64,000 nt of DNA from assembly GCA_016204255.1 (NCBI GenBank), contig JACQLA010000005.1, positions 132,339 through 196,338 on the forward strand, given 5' to 3'. The notes beneath the pieces are model-generated. The model was not told the origin of the DNA. It saw nothing but the letters and a program-made list of their open reading frames with translations, and made no database searches. Shown in pieces: positions 10,080 through 19,240 of this stretch. The position numbers and the translations under genes were made by a program. Positions within the stretch are counted from its first letter, which is position 1. Each line of letters begins with the position of its first letter. This stretch comes from Candidatus Microgenomates bacterium (GTDB taxonomy: Bacteria > Patescibacteriota > Microgenomatia > JACQLA01).

Positions 10080-10312
10080 GGAATGGGATCAAAGCCTCCG
10101 TGAGAAAATGGGTGACAACGAATAATGCGTTTTAGCCCTAAACCAATGCCTTTGATTATACCATATTTTGTGATTGCGGAATACATATATTCGGAGCAAG
10201 TGGGGGAGAAGCGGCAACTATGGCCCACTAAACTTAACGGCCCAGACAAAGACGTCTTGCCCGATAAATTACGTTTGTAAAATCGTATTAAAAACAAACC
10301 AGCTGTTTTCAT
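10076..10312 (-). CDS. yidD: membrane protein insertion efficiency factor YidD
   Basis: CRFSPTCSEYMYSAI..G..KRIIRCHPF signature. Confidence 0.85.
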   Translation of the reverse strand: MKTAGLFLIRFYKRNLSGKTSLSGPLSLVGHSCRFSPTCSEYMYSAITKYGIIKGIGLGLKRIIRCHPFSHGGFDPIP

Positions 10313-10315
10313 TGT

Positions 10316-10687
10316 TTAAAATCCGGTTAGAATCCCTGCTTTCTTTAAAAGCCTTTCCATTTCCGTCTTTACCGTCGGAAGATCCTTGCCCAACAAGGCT
10401 TGCTTCGCCAAAACAACTACCGCCATCCCTGAAGACATATTGGGGAGAAATGATCGCGCAGCTTCACGAAGCAACCGTCTGGCCCGGTTCCGGGCTGTTG
10501 CCTGCTTAGAAACCTTGGTGGAGACAATGAAGCCAAAAACGGCTTCTTTCCCGCCACGTCCTTCCTTCTCCAGAGCGTCTCTCTTGGCAACAATGAGGCC
10601 AAAGAGGGGACCGGAGAACATTATCCCTTTGTTTTTGATTGTTATCCAGTAGTTTTTCAGAGGTAGCCGATGAGACCTGTGGAGCAT
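10316..10687 (-). CDS. rnpA: ribonuclease P protein component
   Basis: RNR motif ATARNRARRLLREA; lies between rpmH and yidD. Confidence 0.8.
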   Translation of the reverse strand: MLHRSHRLPLKNYWITIKNKGIMFSGPLFGLIVAKRDALEKEGRGGKEAVFGFIVSTKVSKQATARNRARRLLREAARSFLPNMSSGMAVVVLAKQALLGKDLPTVKTEMERLLKKAGILTGF

Positions 10688-10688
10688 T

Positions 10689-10826
10689 CTAGACAGTAAG
10701 TTTTTTTCTTCCTTTTTTAATTCTTCTTTTTAGCAACTTTCTCCCGGCATGGGTTTTCTTCTTGGCTAAAAAACCATGCTTCCTTTTCCTTTTTAGCTTT
10801 TTTGGCTGATAGGTCCGCTTGGTCAT
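10689..10826 (-). CDS. rpmH: 50S ribosomal protein L34 (45 aa; below the ORF-track size cut-off)
   Basis: Hand translation of the minus strand gives [45 protein letters not shown], which matches the L34 consensus; 1 nt upstream of rnpA. Confidence 0.85.
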   Translation of the reverse strand: MTKRTYQPKKLKRKRKHGFLAKKKTHAGRKLLKRRIKKGRKKLTV

Positions 10827-10879
10827 ATTTCTCCCTTTAAATTTTAATGTAAATCACAGTTTATCACAGTTTTTTACTC

Positions 10880-10908
10880 TTGACAAATGTGGATAACTTA
10901 CCTATGAT
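10880..10908 (+). promoter_or_regulatory. candidate sigma-70 promoter of dnaA: TTGACA (10880-10885), 17-nt spacer, TATGAT (10903-10908)
   Basis: Read directly from the sequence; 57 nt upstream of the dnaA ATG. Confidence 0.5.
10888..10896 (-). promoter_or_regulatory. perfect DnaA box (TTATCCACA on the minus strand) inside the dnaA promoter spacer
   Basis: tgtggataa at 10888-10896 is the reverse complement of TTATCCACA. Two direct ATCACAGTT repeats lie at 10853-10871. Confidence 0.6.
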
Positions 10909-10964
10909 GAAATTCGCTTCTAAATTCTTTTAGAAACTGCCTCTTAAAACTTTTCTTTTAAAAA

Positions 10965-12323
10965 ATGGATAAAGATATTCTTTGGCAAAATGTTTTGGCG
11001 GAACTTGAATTAACCCTCACAAAAGGAACGTTTCAAACTTTTTTTAAAGATACTTCGCTGGAAAGCATAGAAAGCAATGTGGCAACCATTTCTTGTTCCT
11101 CAGCATATCTAAGAACCCTCATTGAAACCCGCTATTACAGTCTTTTAAAAACAAGCGTTGATCGCTTAACTAAAAATAACAACAGCTTGGTTTTTGTCGT
11201 TTCGACAAAAACCAGCAAGGCAGATCATGGCCCCCTCGGCCCGCTCTTCGCGGTCGAGGAACAAGAGCCGGGAATTGAGACGGCAGCCCGCAAGGCGCAT
11301 CTGCATCCGGGAATGACTTTTAAGAATTTTGCTGTCTCCTCTTCAAACCACATGGCTTTTGCCGCGGCACAAGCGGTGGCCGAAAAACCCGGAACCTCCT
11401 ATAACCCTCTTTTCTTCTACGGAGGAGTGGGGGTTGGGAAAACCCATCTGATGCAGGCTGTTGGCCATACTCTTTTGAGCCGAAATCCCAACACAAAAAT
11501 TATTTATTGCCTGGGCGAAGAATTTACAAATGAGATTATTGAGGCGATTAGAGAAAAGAATACAAAGATTTTTAAGGGAAAATATCGCTCCGTCCAAGCG
11601 CTTTTGATCGACGACATTCAATTTATAGCCGGTAAAACCACCGTCCAGGAAGAGTTTTTTCACACCTTTAACATTCTTTATCGGGAAGGTGCGCAGATTA
11701 TTTTAACGTCTGATAAGCCACCGTCAGAAATTAACCGCCTGGAGGAGAGATTGCGCTCGCGTTTCGAGGGGGGATTAATTATCGATATTCAGTCGCCCGA
11801 CTTCGAACTGCGAACAGCCATTCTTTTGATCAAAGCTACATCATTGAGCCTTCCTCTACCTATGGACGTAGCTCAGCTAATCGCTGCCAATATTGAAGAC
11901 ACCAGAAGGCTGGAGGGCTTCTTGCGCCGCCTTACAACCGAAATCCAAACCAGAAAAACCCCCCTTACTCCCGAAGTTGTCCGCCACCTTTTGGGAACTG
12001 ATGAAAAAGAAGAAAAGAGGTTTTTCCAAAACGTTTCTTTTAAAGAAATCGTCGAGGGAGTGGCCTCGCATTATGGGCTTCGCATCAATCAAATAAAGGG
12101 GCCAAAGCGCGACCGCCCCATCGCCCTTCCGCGGCAGATTTTGTATTATTTACTGCGAACGGAGCTTGGCCTAACACTAGAAGAGATTGGAGAAATCTGC
12201 GGAGGAAGAGACCACACCACTATTTTACACGGTATCGAAAAGATCACTAAGCTTCTGCCCGAGTCCGAAAAAATTCGCCAAGACATTTTAGTCATTAAAC
12301 AAGCGGCCAGTCGCTTAAGCTAG
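10965..12323 (+). CDS. dnaA: chromosomal replication initiator protein DnaA
   Basis: Walker A GGVGVGKTHL, LLIDDIQF, sensor and box VII regions, C-terminal DNA-binding helix (GGRDHTTILHG). Confidence 0.95.
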   Translation: MDKDILWQNVLAELELTLTKGTFQTFFKDTSLESIESNVATISCSSAYLRTLIETRYYSLLKTSVDRLTKNNNSLVFVVSTKTSKADHGPLGPLFAVEEQEPGIETAARKAHLHPGMTFKNFAVSSSNHMAFAAAQAVAEKPGTSYNPLFFYGGVGVGKTHLMQAVGHTLLSRNPNTKIIYCLGEEFTNEIIEAIREKNTKIFKGKYRSVQALLIDDIQFIAGKTTVQEEFFHTFNILYREGAQIILTSDKPPSEINRLEERLRSRFEGGLIIDIQSPDFELRTAILLIKATSLSLPLPMDVAQLIAANIEDTRRLEGFLRRLTTEIQTRKTPLTPEVVRHLLGTDEKEEKRFFQNVSFKEIVEGVASHYGLRINQIKGPKRDRPIALPRQILYYLLRTELGLTLEEIGEICGGRDHTTILHGIEKITKLLPESEKIRQDILVIKQAASRLS

Positions 12324-12388
12324 AATTTTGTGAAGAAGATGGGGATTTCTTTTTACAACAGTGGGGACGAAAGGATAAAAAAGGGGCC

Positions 12389-12608
12389 TTTTCCACTTAT
12401 CAACATCTTTTTAGTTTTTATCCCCATTTTTGTCCCCATTTCTCCAGCCTCCTTTTCCACACGAAAAGATCTTTTTTTACCCTGCTCCAACCGTCTTCTT
12501 ACAAAATTCTTACACTTTTTCACAAGACCTACTACTAATGCTAATGTATTGAAAAGATAAAAGATACGCGATAAGATTAAAAAGGTCTTTTGAAAGGAAA
12601 GGGGATAA
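12389..12608 (+). promoter_or_regulatory. candidate oriC segment: co-oriented near-consensus DnaA boxes followed by an AT-rich stretch
   Basis: TTTTCCACT 12389-12397, TTATCAACA 12397-12405, TTATCCCCA 12418-12426, TTGTCCCCA 12430-12438, TTTTCCACA 12453-12461 (1-2 mismatches to TTATCCACA), then an AT-rich tract up to the dnaN start. Confidence 0.5.
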
Positions 12609-13736
12609 ATGAGACTATCTTGTTTACAAGAGAACCTATGCAAGGCTCTTTCGATTGTAGGAAGAATAACAACAACCAAGGGGCAGCTACCTGCCTTAGA
12701 GAATATTCTTTTAACAACCGATAAAGAAAGACTAAAGCTTTCGGCAACAAATTTAGAAACGGGAATAAGTTTTTGGCTTGGAGCAAAAATAGAAAAACAA
12801 GGGACATTACTTCTTCCTGCCAGAGCCTTTTCTGAATTGGTCTCTAGCTTCCCGGCTGAAAAAATAACTCTTGAAGCAAGCGATAATATCTTAAAAATCT
12901 CTTGTGGCCCTCATGAAATAACCCTTAATGGGTTGGCCGCCGGGGAGTTCCCCGCCTTTCCGAGTTTTCAAAAAGAAAAAAATTTTTCTCTAGAGATGGA
13001 GTCTTTTTTGAATGGGATTTCTCAGGTAATTTTTTCCGCGGCGCAAGACGAGGGAAGGCCGGTTCTAACGGGGGTACAGATAAGCAAGGGCAAAAAAGGG
13101 ATTGCTCTTGCGTCAACAGACGGGTACAGGCTCTCGTTAAAAGAATCTCCCTCAGATGAAGAATGGGTTTTTGACGAGATCGTTATTTCCGCAAAATCTT
13201 TGGCGGAAGTTCTACATGTCTTTCTCGATGCGAGGAAAGAGAAAAAAACGCTGTCGGTGGCTGTTAACAAAGAGGGGGGGCAAGCGGTTTTTTCTACGGA
13301 CTCTGCGGAGATCTACACCAGGCTAATCGGCGAGAAGTTCCCGAGTTTTGAGAAAATTATTCCCCAGGGTTATTCCGCAAGAATCTATTTTGAAAAAGAA
13401 GACCTGCTAAAGGCCGTTAAAATAACCTCTGTTTTTGCGCGCGACGCCTCAAACATTGTTAAGTGGGAGATAAAGGATGACCGCGCGGTAATCTCCGCCA
13501 ACAGCCCTCAGGTTGGCACAAACAGGTCGGAGATCCCTATTAAGAAAGAGGGAGAGAACGGGGAAATTGCTTTTAACTACCGTTATCTGCTGGATTTTTT
13601 AGGGGCGGTTTCCGAAAAAGAGCTGGTTTTTGAAATGGCGGGGCCCTTGGCTCCCGGCGTTTTTCGTCTCTCTAAAGATAGTTCTTATCTTCACATTATC
13701 ATGCCGGTCCGAGTTCAGGGGCAGGAAGCCCCTTAA
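12609..13736 (+). CDS. dnaN: DNA polymerase III beta sliding clamp
   Basis: Three-domain length; N-terminus MRLSCLQENLCKALSIVGRI..LPALENILL; sits after dnaA. Confidence 0.9.
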   Translation: MRLSCLQENLCKALSIVGRITTTKGQLPALENILLTTDKERLKLSATNLETGISFWLGAKIEKQGTLLLPARAFSELVSSFPAEKITLEASDNILKISCGPHEITLNGLAAGEFPAFPSFQKEKNFSLEMESFLNGISQVIFSAAQDEGRPVLTGVQISKGKKGIALASTDGYRLSLKESPSDEEWVFDEIVISAKSLAEVLHVFLDARKEKKTLSVAVNKEGGQAVFSTDSAEIYTRLIGEKFPSFEKIIPQGYSARIYFEKEDLLKAVKITSVFARDASNIVKWEIKDDRAVISANSPQVGTNRSEIPIKKEGENGEIAFNYRYLLDFLGAVSEKELVFEMAGPLAPGVFRLSKDSSYLHIIMPVRVQGQEAP

Positions 13737-14305
13737 AAAGGCGCGGGGATTCCTACAGAGCCGTGGGGAAGACGCTCTCCGATATTGACATTGACTTTAT
13801 TAAAATCTGTTAACCCCCTCTCCTTAAGCCACGAAAGAGCCTTTTGCCGGTTTTTGTCAAACGGCGGACTGAGGGCGATAAGGAAAGTGTTTACCCGCGG
13901 AGAGTAGCTGATTTCAAAATCGGGAGAGACAAAGGGAAGGGAGGCAGCGATTTTCTCAAGAAGACGCTGGTCCTCCACAGACAAGATTATAACTTCGCTT
14001 GCCGGCGGGTTCAGTCCTTTTTTTGAAAACCACTCCTTAATGTTCTTTTGTATCTCTGGGGAATCAGCGGTTTTTAGTCGGACCAAAAACCCCTGTTTAT
14101 CCTTACTATAGACAATTTTCTCTACAGAAAAACCGCGATCTTCGTCGGCTGGGGGGATTTTTGATCCCTTCTCTGGCGAGAAGAGAAATATCCCGATAGA
14201 GAAAAGGAGCGCCAGGCCTACAAAAATGCCAGCTAAAAGCCTTTTCTTTTCTCTGAAGTTAGTTAAATTAATTAAGGGCATTGATATGTCTGATAGTGCT
14301 GCCAA
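13733..14305 (-). CDS. membrane-anchored hypothetical protein, last gene of the T4SS-like gene string
   Basis: Single N-terminal TM (LLAGIFVGLALLFSIGIFLF); overlaps the stop of the upstream 769-aa gene. Confidence 0.45.
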   Translation of the reverse strand: MAALSDISMPLINLTNFREKKRLLAGIFVGLALLFSIGIFLFSPEKGSKIPPADEDRGFSVEKIVYSKDKQGFLVRLKTADSPEIQKNIKEWFSKKGLNPPASEVIILSVEDQRLLEKIAASLPFVSPDFEISYSPRVNTFLIALSPPFDKNRQKALSWLKERGLTDFNKVNVNIGERLPHGSVGIPAPF

Positions 14306-16581
14306 ACGGCATCACAATAAAAAGCATTGCTTCCAGAACAACTTCCATAATACGCTGAGCCAGCCGCATAAACATTCTCAATCGTCCACCCGCAGCCGGC
14401 AGCGGCTCCAGATCGGGTTCTGAGCATTTTTGCCGCCGCAAAAACAGCATCTTTAATATTGCAAACATTTGGAGAGCGGCCTTCACCGGTTATATTAACG
14501 GCATCGGCATACCCGCCCCAGGTGTCCGGCATAAGCCTCCCGGTATACGATCCGCAGTCAGTAGCGACTCCATCATTTAAGAATTGCATGGGGCCTCTTG
14601 CCCCACACCCGTTGGGCGTGCAGTTTGTCGGGTCTTGGGCCCCAGGGAGGGAATATCTAACGACTTCCCCATCTGGATAACCGAAAATTTGTCTCCCCTC
14701 CCAATACATTATCCCGGCTAAGACCGGAGCAGGGACGTCGTAAGCATTCCCGGCGTCGACTAAAAGCTGTTGAAGGGCCAGGCTGGAGTTTCCAAGAGGA
14801 AAGCCGCCAGGGAGATTGCAGATCCCGCAGGATCCGGCAAGCGACGTGTCGCTGATATAGATTGTAAATGCGGCAACGCCTTTTTCATCTACTCGGCCTT
14901 CAGAGGGGATGTCTGCCAGGGCCGTAACCACGTTAGTGACTGTGGAGTCCTTAAAAGAAGAGTCGGCATGAATTTGATAGGTAATAGTTTCGGCTTGTCC
15001 CTGACTAATCTGGGGGAAAACCCACGGGCCGATTGGGGATCCATTTTTGTCTATGGTAATTTCCGAGGCTCCTCCTCCGGACGTCTTAGTTGTTTGTTCT
15101 GTTACGCGAACGTTTGTAAGATTGGTTTTTGTTGCCGTTAGAGTAATAGTATAGGAGATGTCTTTGCCGCCTTCCACGTCGGAATTCTGTAGAAATGAGG
15201 GAGCGGCACTTTTTGTTAAGGAAAAATATTCTGACGGAAGGGGGGGGATAGCGACCGGCGCTGGTTGTCGCATAAAGGCCGTCCCCACAATGGTAGTGCC
15301 AACAATAAAAGTTCCTCCGGCTGCTATTCCGACGGTGCCAAAAACAGGGACTGTAGCCGCCTGGGCTATTGAGATTCCCGACAGTTGGCTAAAGAGGCCA
15401 CCAATAAAATTACTTGTGGCTCCAATTGCTCCGCTTGCCCAGGAAAAGGCACTGCTTAAAAAGTTGCCGGCTCCGGTCCAAAAACCGCTCCAAAGCCCGG
15501 CAAAAAAGTTTCCGGCTCCGCCCGAAAGACTCCCGGCTCCGGTCCAAAGATTTTGGGCCGGTTGCCAAAGCCAGTGTTCTGCTGCATAGCCAATGGCTCC
15601 TCCTACTGCTGTTCCGATTGCCGCTCCGCCCAAGGCGCCAATGATAAAGCCGCTAATAGTTGTGATTGCTACGGTGATGCCATATAAGATCCAGCCAACC
15701 ACTGGGATTGCCAAAAGAGGGGCGCCGATTAAAAGACCAAGTTTAAAGCCTAAGAGAGCTCCGCCGATGCCGCCGGCAATTCCACCAACAACACTGCCAA
15801 CGATGGCTCCGGCTAGGGCCCAAACCCCCAAGGCTGAAAAGAAAGAATAGAGAGCATAAATAGCCCCGCCGAAATACTTAATGGCTTTTTTAACTAGTGC
15901 AAAGGAAATTAGGGCGGTAGTTATCGGGGTGAAAACGCCACCGAGGATTCTTAAAAATTTTGCTCTCTTAAGGAAATAGCCAATTTTTTTGCCTAAATCC
16001 GGTTTAATCTTTCCCCAGGATATTAAGGATTGCTTTTCAAGTCTTCCGGCAAAACGATTGCCAATCCTTGCCTTCTGCCAAAGAGGAGTCGCCGGATCCC
16101 TTTTTTCCACCTCTTCCTGCCAGTCTTGGGTAGTTTGATCAAGCTCTTTTGATAAAAGAGGGGTTTGAGTAGCGGTTTGGCTTTGTGCCTTTTTTCTTTC
16201 CAGTTCTTCCGTAGCCTCCTCAAATAGACGTTTGCTTTCCTCCGGATCATTGATGTGAGGCTCGGCAATATTTGGGTTTCCTTCTCGCTCTCGAGTCAGA
16301 CGAAGAGCTTTAAAATAGGCGGCTTCCTCCTTCTTTTGCTGGGTGATTTCCTCTGAACCTTGTTTTAAATTTTCCTCAAACTGACTAATTTTTTCTTGGG
16401 CTTTACTAAGAAAGCGCGGATCCGTAGGGTCTAAAATATCTTTCGGAGTGGAAAAATGGAGACTTAAAACAGAGAAACAGATTTCTTTAGAAACACCATA
16501 GTAATGGGTAGTCCCCGGGTTCTCTTGAAAATGGCGGGCAACTTTTTTTAAAAAATCCAGTCGGTCTGGGCGCATAGGCAT
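14272..16581 (-). CDS. multidomain membrane protein: cytoplasmic coiled-coil N-terminus, Gly-rich polytopic region, DUF11-like repeat, C-terminal SLT/VirB1-like lytic transglycosylase domain
   Basis: C-terminal motifs IMYWEG (catalytic Glu context), GARGPMQF (GLMQ-like) and VYAAGSAYY (AYNAG-like). Long G/A/I-rich TM block in the middle. Confidence 0.6.
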   Translation of the reverse strand: MPMRPDRLDFLKKVARHFQENPGTTHYYGVSKEICFSVLSLHFSTPKDILDPTDPRFLSKAQEKISQFEENLKQGSEEITQQKKEEAAYFKALRLTREREGNPNIAEPHINDPEESKRLFEEATEELERKKAQSQTATQTPLLSKELDQTTQDWQEEVEKRDPATPLWQKARIGNRFAGRLEKQSLISWGKIKPDLGKKIGYFLKRAKFLRILGGVFTPITTALISFALVKKAIKYFGGAIYALYSFFSALGVWALAGAIVGSVVGGIAGGIGGALLGFKLGLLIGAPLLAIPVVGWILYGITVAITTISGFIIGALGGAAIGTAVGGAIGYAAEHWLWQPAQNLWTGAGSLSGGAGNFFAGLWSGFWTGAGNFLSSAFSWASGAIGATSNFIGGLFSQLSGISIAQAATVPVFGTVGIAAGGTFIVGTTIVGTAFMRQPAPVAIPPLPSEYFSLTKSAAPSFLQNSDVEGGKDISYTITLTATKTNLTNVRVTEQTTKTSGGGASEITIDKNGSPIGPWVFPQISQGQAETITYQIHADSSFKDSTVTNVVTALADIPSEGRVDEKGVAAFTIYISDTSLAGSCGICNLPGGFPLGNSSLALQQLLVDAGNAYDVPAPVLAGIMYWEGRQIFGYPDGEVVRYSLPGAQDPTNCTPNGCGARGPMQFLNDGVATDCGSYTGRLMPDTWGGYADAVNITGEGRSPNVCNIKDAVFAAAKMLRTRSGAAAGCGWTIENVYAAGSAYYGSCSGSNAFYCDAVWQHYQTYQCP

Positions 16582-16586
16582 TCTTC

Positions 16587-18491
16587 CTATACTTTATCTC
16601 CGCCTTCCGGTTTAAAAAGATCAGCAAATGGGGCAGGGGGTTGATTTGAGGTATCCTGACTGTAGGGCGGTGTTTTTTCCTGCGACTTTGGCGCAGACGC
16701 GTGCGCCTTCTCCCTTCTTAAAATATCTTCGGGTTTTGAAGTAACCAGTTCATGTTCGAAAGGAGCCGCAATTATTCTTATAGCCGCGTGCGAGGACCCG
16801 GCAAAAAATAATCCCTCTCCCACATCGGCGGCCAGAAGCAAATGTTTTTCTCCCTGTGAAAGATAGAATGTCTCGGCCAGCTTATCAATTGCCGCCGTTG
16901 ATTGTTTTAAAAGAATTTGAATCGAGGAGTTGGTGATAATGGCTTTACCAAAATCTGAAGAAAGGAAGTCATTAACGTCCTGAGTAATGGTGGTGAGACC
17001 CAAAAAATATTTTCTGGCGCGTTTGGCGATCCCGTATAGAAAGCTGGCTGAGTCCGGATATTGCATTAAATACCATGCCTCATCAACAATCAAAATCCTT
17101 TTCTTCAGGCTTTTTTTAACTCGCGTCCAGACAAAGTCCAGGATAATAAACATCGCGATCGGGCGCAGCTCTTCTTCCAGGTCCTTGATGCAAAAGACGG
17201 TTAAATTGTTCTTGATGTCCACAGTTGAGGCTTGGGAAAAGATTCCGGCGAGCGACCCCTTGATAAATTTTTCCAGCCTTTCAGCCAGTCCTTTGGCCTC
17301 CGGCTCCTCCATCCCAAGGAGAACCTTGTAAAGGTCTTCCATCAGCGGAGGTTCCTTTTTTTGGGTTCTTGGGTCGGGAGTGATGCCTTTTTGTTTATAA
17401 GTTGTGATCAGAGCGCGGTCCAAAATGGCGTCTTCTTTTGGCGTTAATTGCCCCATGATAAGGCGCATCAAAGAATGAAGAGAGAGAATTTTCAGACCGA
17501 GCTCATTTTCTCCTTCCTCATAGACTCCAGAAAGATCAAACGGATTGATTTTATCCGGGGCGGAGAAAGAGAAGTCGATAAACTCACCCCCTAAAGCTTC
17601 GGCTACTTGGCGGTATTCTGCTTCGGGATCAATAATTAAAATCTCGGCGCCAAACATTAAAGACCGTAAAGCCTCAAGTTTTATCAAATAGCTTTTGCCG
17701 CCACCTGATTTTCCCAAAACAACTTCATTGGCATTTTCCATTGAGAAGCGATCAAAAATGACTAGGGAGTCGTTGTGTTCATTAATTCCGTAAAGAATCC
17801 CCTCGTTGGCTGAAAGATCGGAGGAGGTAAAAGGAAAAGTGGTCGCCAAAGAGGTTGTGTCCATGTTTCGGGTGATCATTAAAGTGTCAGTCCCAATAGG
17901 AAGGGTGGTTTTAAAGCCTTCTTCCATTTGGAGACTGGCGGGTTTGGCGACAATCATTAATGAACCAAGCGTGGAAATAACCTCTTTAGATACTTCCTCC
18001 AGTTTGTCTTGGGTTTCCGCTGGAATGGTGACATAGAGCCCAAATTGGAAAAAATGCTCGGCTCCTTTAGCCAACTGTGATTGAAGGGTAAGGGCATCAT
18101 CTAGGGCCACTTGGACCGCGGGATCAACCACTCGTCCTTGCTTAATATCAAGTTCAATGGTGGCTTCCATCTCGGCAACTTTTCTGCGCAGTTCATCCAA
18201 AATCGCCTTCGACTCTACCGGATAAATAAACATACTGACACGCAGAGTATGATCAAAGGAAATTAAAGGAGAAAGCCAGTTGGCAGACACATAGCGCGGG
18301 TAGGCGGCCGTGAAGAGACTGCGATAATAGGAGGGGCCAATTTTAAGGGAGGTAAAATCTACCTCGATTGCGCCCGGCGCAAGAATGTCTTTGACTGAAA
18401 CAAGGCCCTTGGTAAATGTTTCCAATTGCGAAGAAATAGGGGCTGGGGTTGCTTTGGCCTCTTTTTTTGAAAACGGTAAATTTAATTTCAT
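16587..18491 (-). CDS. virB4: VirB4/TrbE/TraC-family type IV secretion ATPase
   Basis: Walker A VLGKSGGGKSYL, Walker B ILIVDEAW, N-terminal VirB4-type domain (IGPSYYRSLFTAAYPRYVSANWL). Confidence 0.85.
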   Translation of the reverse strand: MKLNLPFSKKEAKATPAPISSQLETFTKGLVSVKDILAPGAIEVDFTSLKIGPSYYRSLFTAAYPRYVSANWLSPLISFDHTLRVSMFIYPVESKAILDELRRKVAEMEATIELDIKQGRVVDPAVQVALDDALTLQSQLAKGAEHFFQFGLYVTIPAETQDKLEEVSKEVISTLGSLMIVAKPASLQMEEGFKTTLPIGTDTLMITRNMDTTSLATTFPFTSSDLSANEGILYGINEHNDSLVIFDRFSMENANEVVLGKSGGGKSYLIKLEALRSLMFGAEILIIDPEAEYRQVAEALGGEFIDFSFSAPDKINPFDLSGVYEEGENELGLKILSLHSLMRLIMGQLTPKEDAILDRALITTYKQKGITPDPRTQKKEPPLMEDLYKVLLGMEEPEAKGLAERLEKFIKGSLAGIFSQASTVDIKNNLTVFCIKDLEEELRPIAMFIILDFVWTRVKKSLKKRILIVDEAWYLMQYPDSASFLYGIAKRARKYFLGLTTITQDVNDFLSSDFGKAIITNSSIQILLKQSTAAIDKLAETFYLSQGEKHLLLAADVGEGLFFAGSSHAAIRIIAAPFEHELVTSKPEDILRREKAHASAPKSQEKTPPYSQDTSNQPPAPFADLFKPEGGDKV

Positions 18492-19231
18492 TCTGTTTTT
18501 TCTCCTTCTTCTTTCTCAGGCCCTGTGGGTGGGGAGGGTTGAGGCGGAAGCGGCATTTCAAATCGGGCCTCAACCAGTGGTTTTTCATAGTCTTGGGCCT
18601 GGGCCATCTGTTCTCCCAACACCTGGTTATAAAGATCGTAAAAAAGCTCAAGAAGAGTCTGGGTATTAAGCTGAAAGGCTTTAAGCCCAATCCGGTTTAG
18701 CTGACGGACAAGATGATCCTTTTTTGGCAAAAGAGCGGTTTTGGCGCGCTCCAAAATGTATTCTTTCGGAAAAGGAAGTCCTCCTTTGCCGAATAACGAG
18801 CGACCAGCTCCTTTCACACCCAATTCAATCGCCGAAAAAGGAAGAACCAAATAAAAGTTTTTATCCAAAACGTTGCTTTTGCGGACTGTCTGCTCGATAA
18901 AATCACGATATTTACGGATTTGCTCGCGAACCCTTTCTTCTGTCGTTCGTTCCTCCTGTATCTGTAAGAGATGTAAGTAAGCAGATACGTCTTTTCGCTT
19001 GGAGATAACGACAATTTGGATAGGAAAAGAAAGAGAATTTAACAGGGAGGCATAAGCGTAGATCATGGCATCCTGTTCTTCTTCCGAAAGGAGACCGAAA
19101 TTAATAGCCGAAACCTCCAAAATTAGAGCGCAAGAGCCATCACGCAAAAGGACTAAGTCATCTTTGATGTCCTCAATCTCGAGAAATTCTTGAGTTGAGG
19201 CACGAATAGTAGCTTGGGCAGGAATTGCCAT
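18488..19231 (-). CDS. hypothetical protein resembling a free-standing VirB4 N-terminal domain; translationally coupled to virB4
   Basis: 4-nt overlap with the virB4 start. String EIEDIKDDLVLLRDGSCALILEVSAINFGLLSEEEQD parallels the N-terminal pattern of VirB4/PrgJ-type proteins. No P-loop. Confidence 0.45.
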   Translation of the reverse strand: MAIPAQATIRASTQEFLEIEDIKDDLVLLRDGSCALILEVSAINFGLLSEEEQDAMIYAYASLLNSLSFPIQIVVISKRKDVSAYLHLLQIQEERTTEERVREQIRKYRDFIEQTVRKSNVLDKNFYLVLPFSAIELGVKGAGRSLFGKGGLPFPKEYILERAKTALLPKKDHLVRQLNRIGLKAFQLNTQTLLELFYDLYNQVLGEQMAQAQDYEKPLVEARFEMPLPPQPSPPTGPEKEEGEKTE

Positions 19232-19240
19232 ATTATTTAA

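Noticed and set aside
12330-12807. Three overlapping ORFs in the dnaA-dnaN spacer
   Set aside because: They have low-complexity, mutually overlapping frames in a region full of DnaA-box-like repeats. This is better explained as oriC.
15158-15850. Long plus-strand ORFs (15158-15589, 15414-15644, 15593-15850, also 14459-15141) rich in P/A/K
   Set aside because: They are antisense shadows of the Gly/Ala-rich region of the 769-aa minus-strand gene. They have low-complexity composition, no independent start context, and overlap a gene with clear domain motifs.
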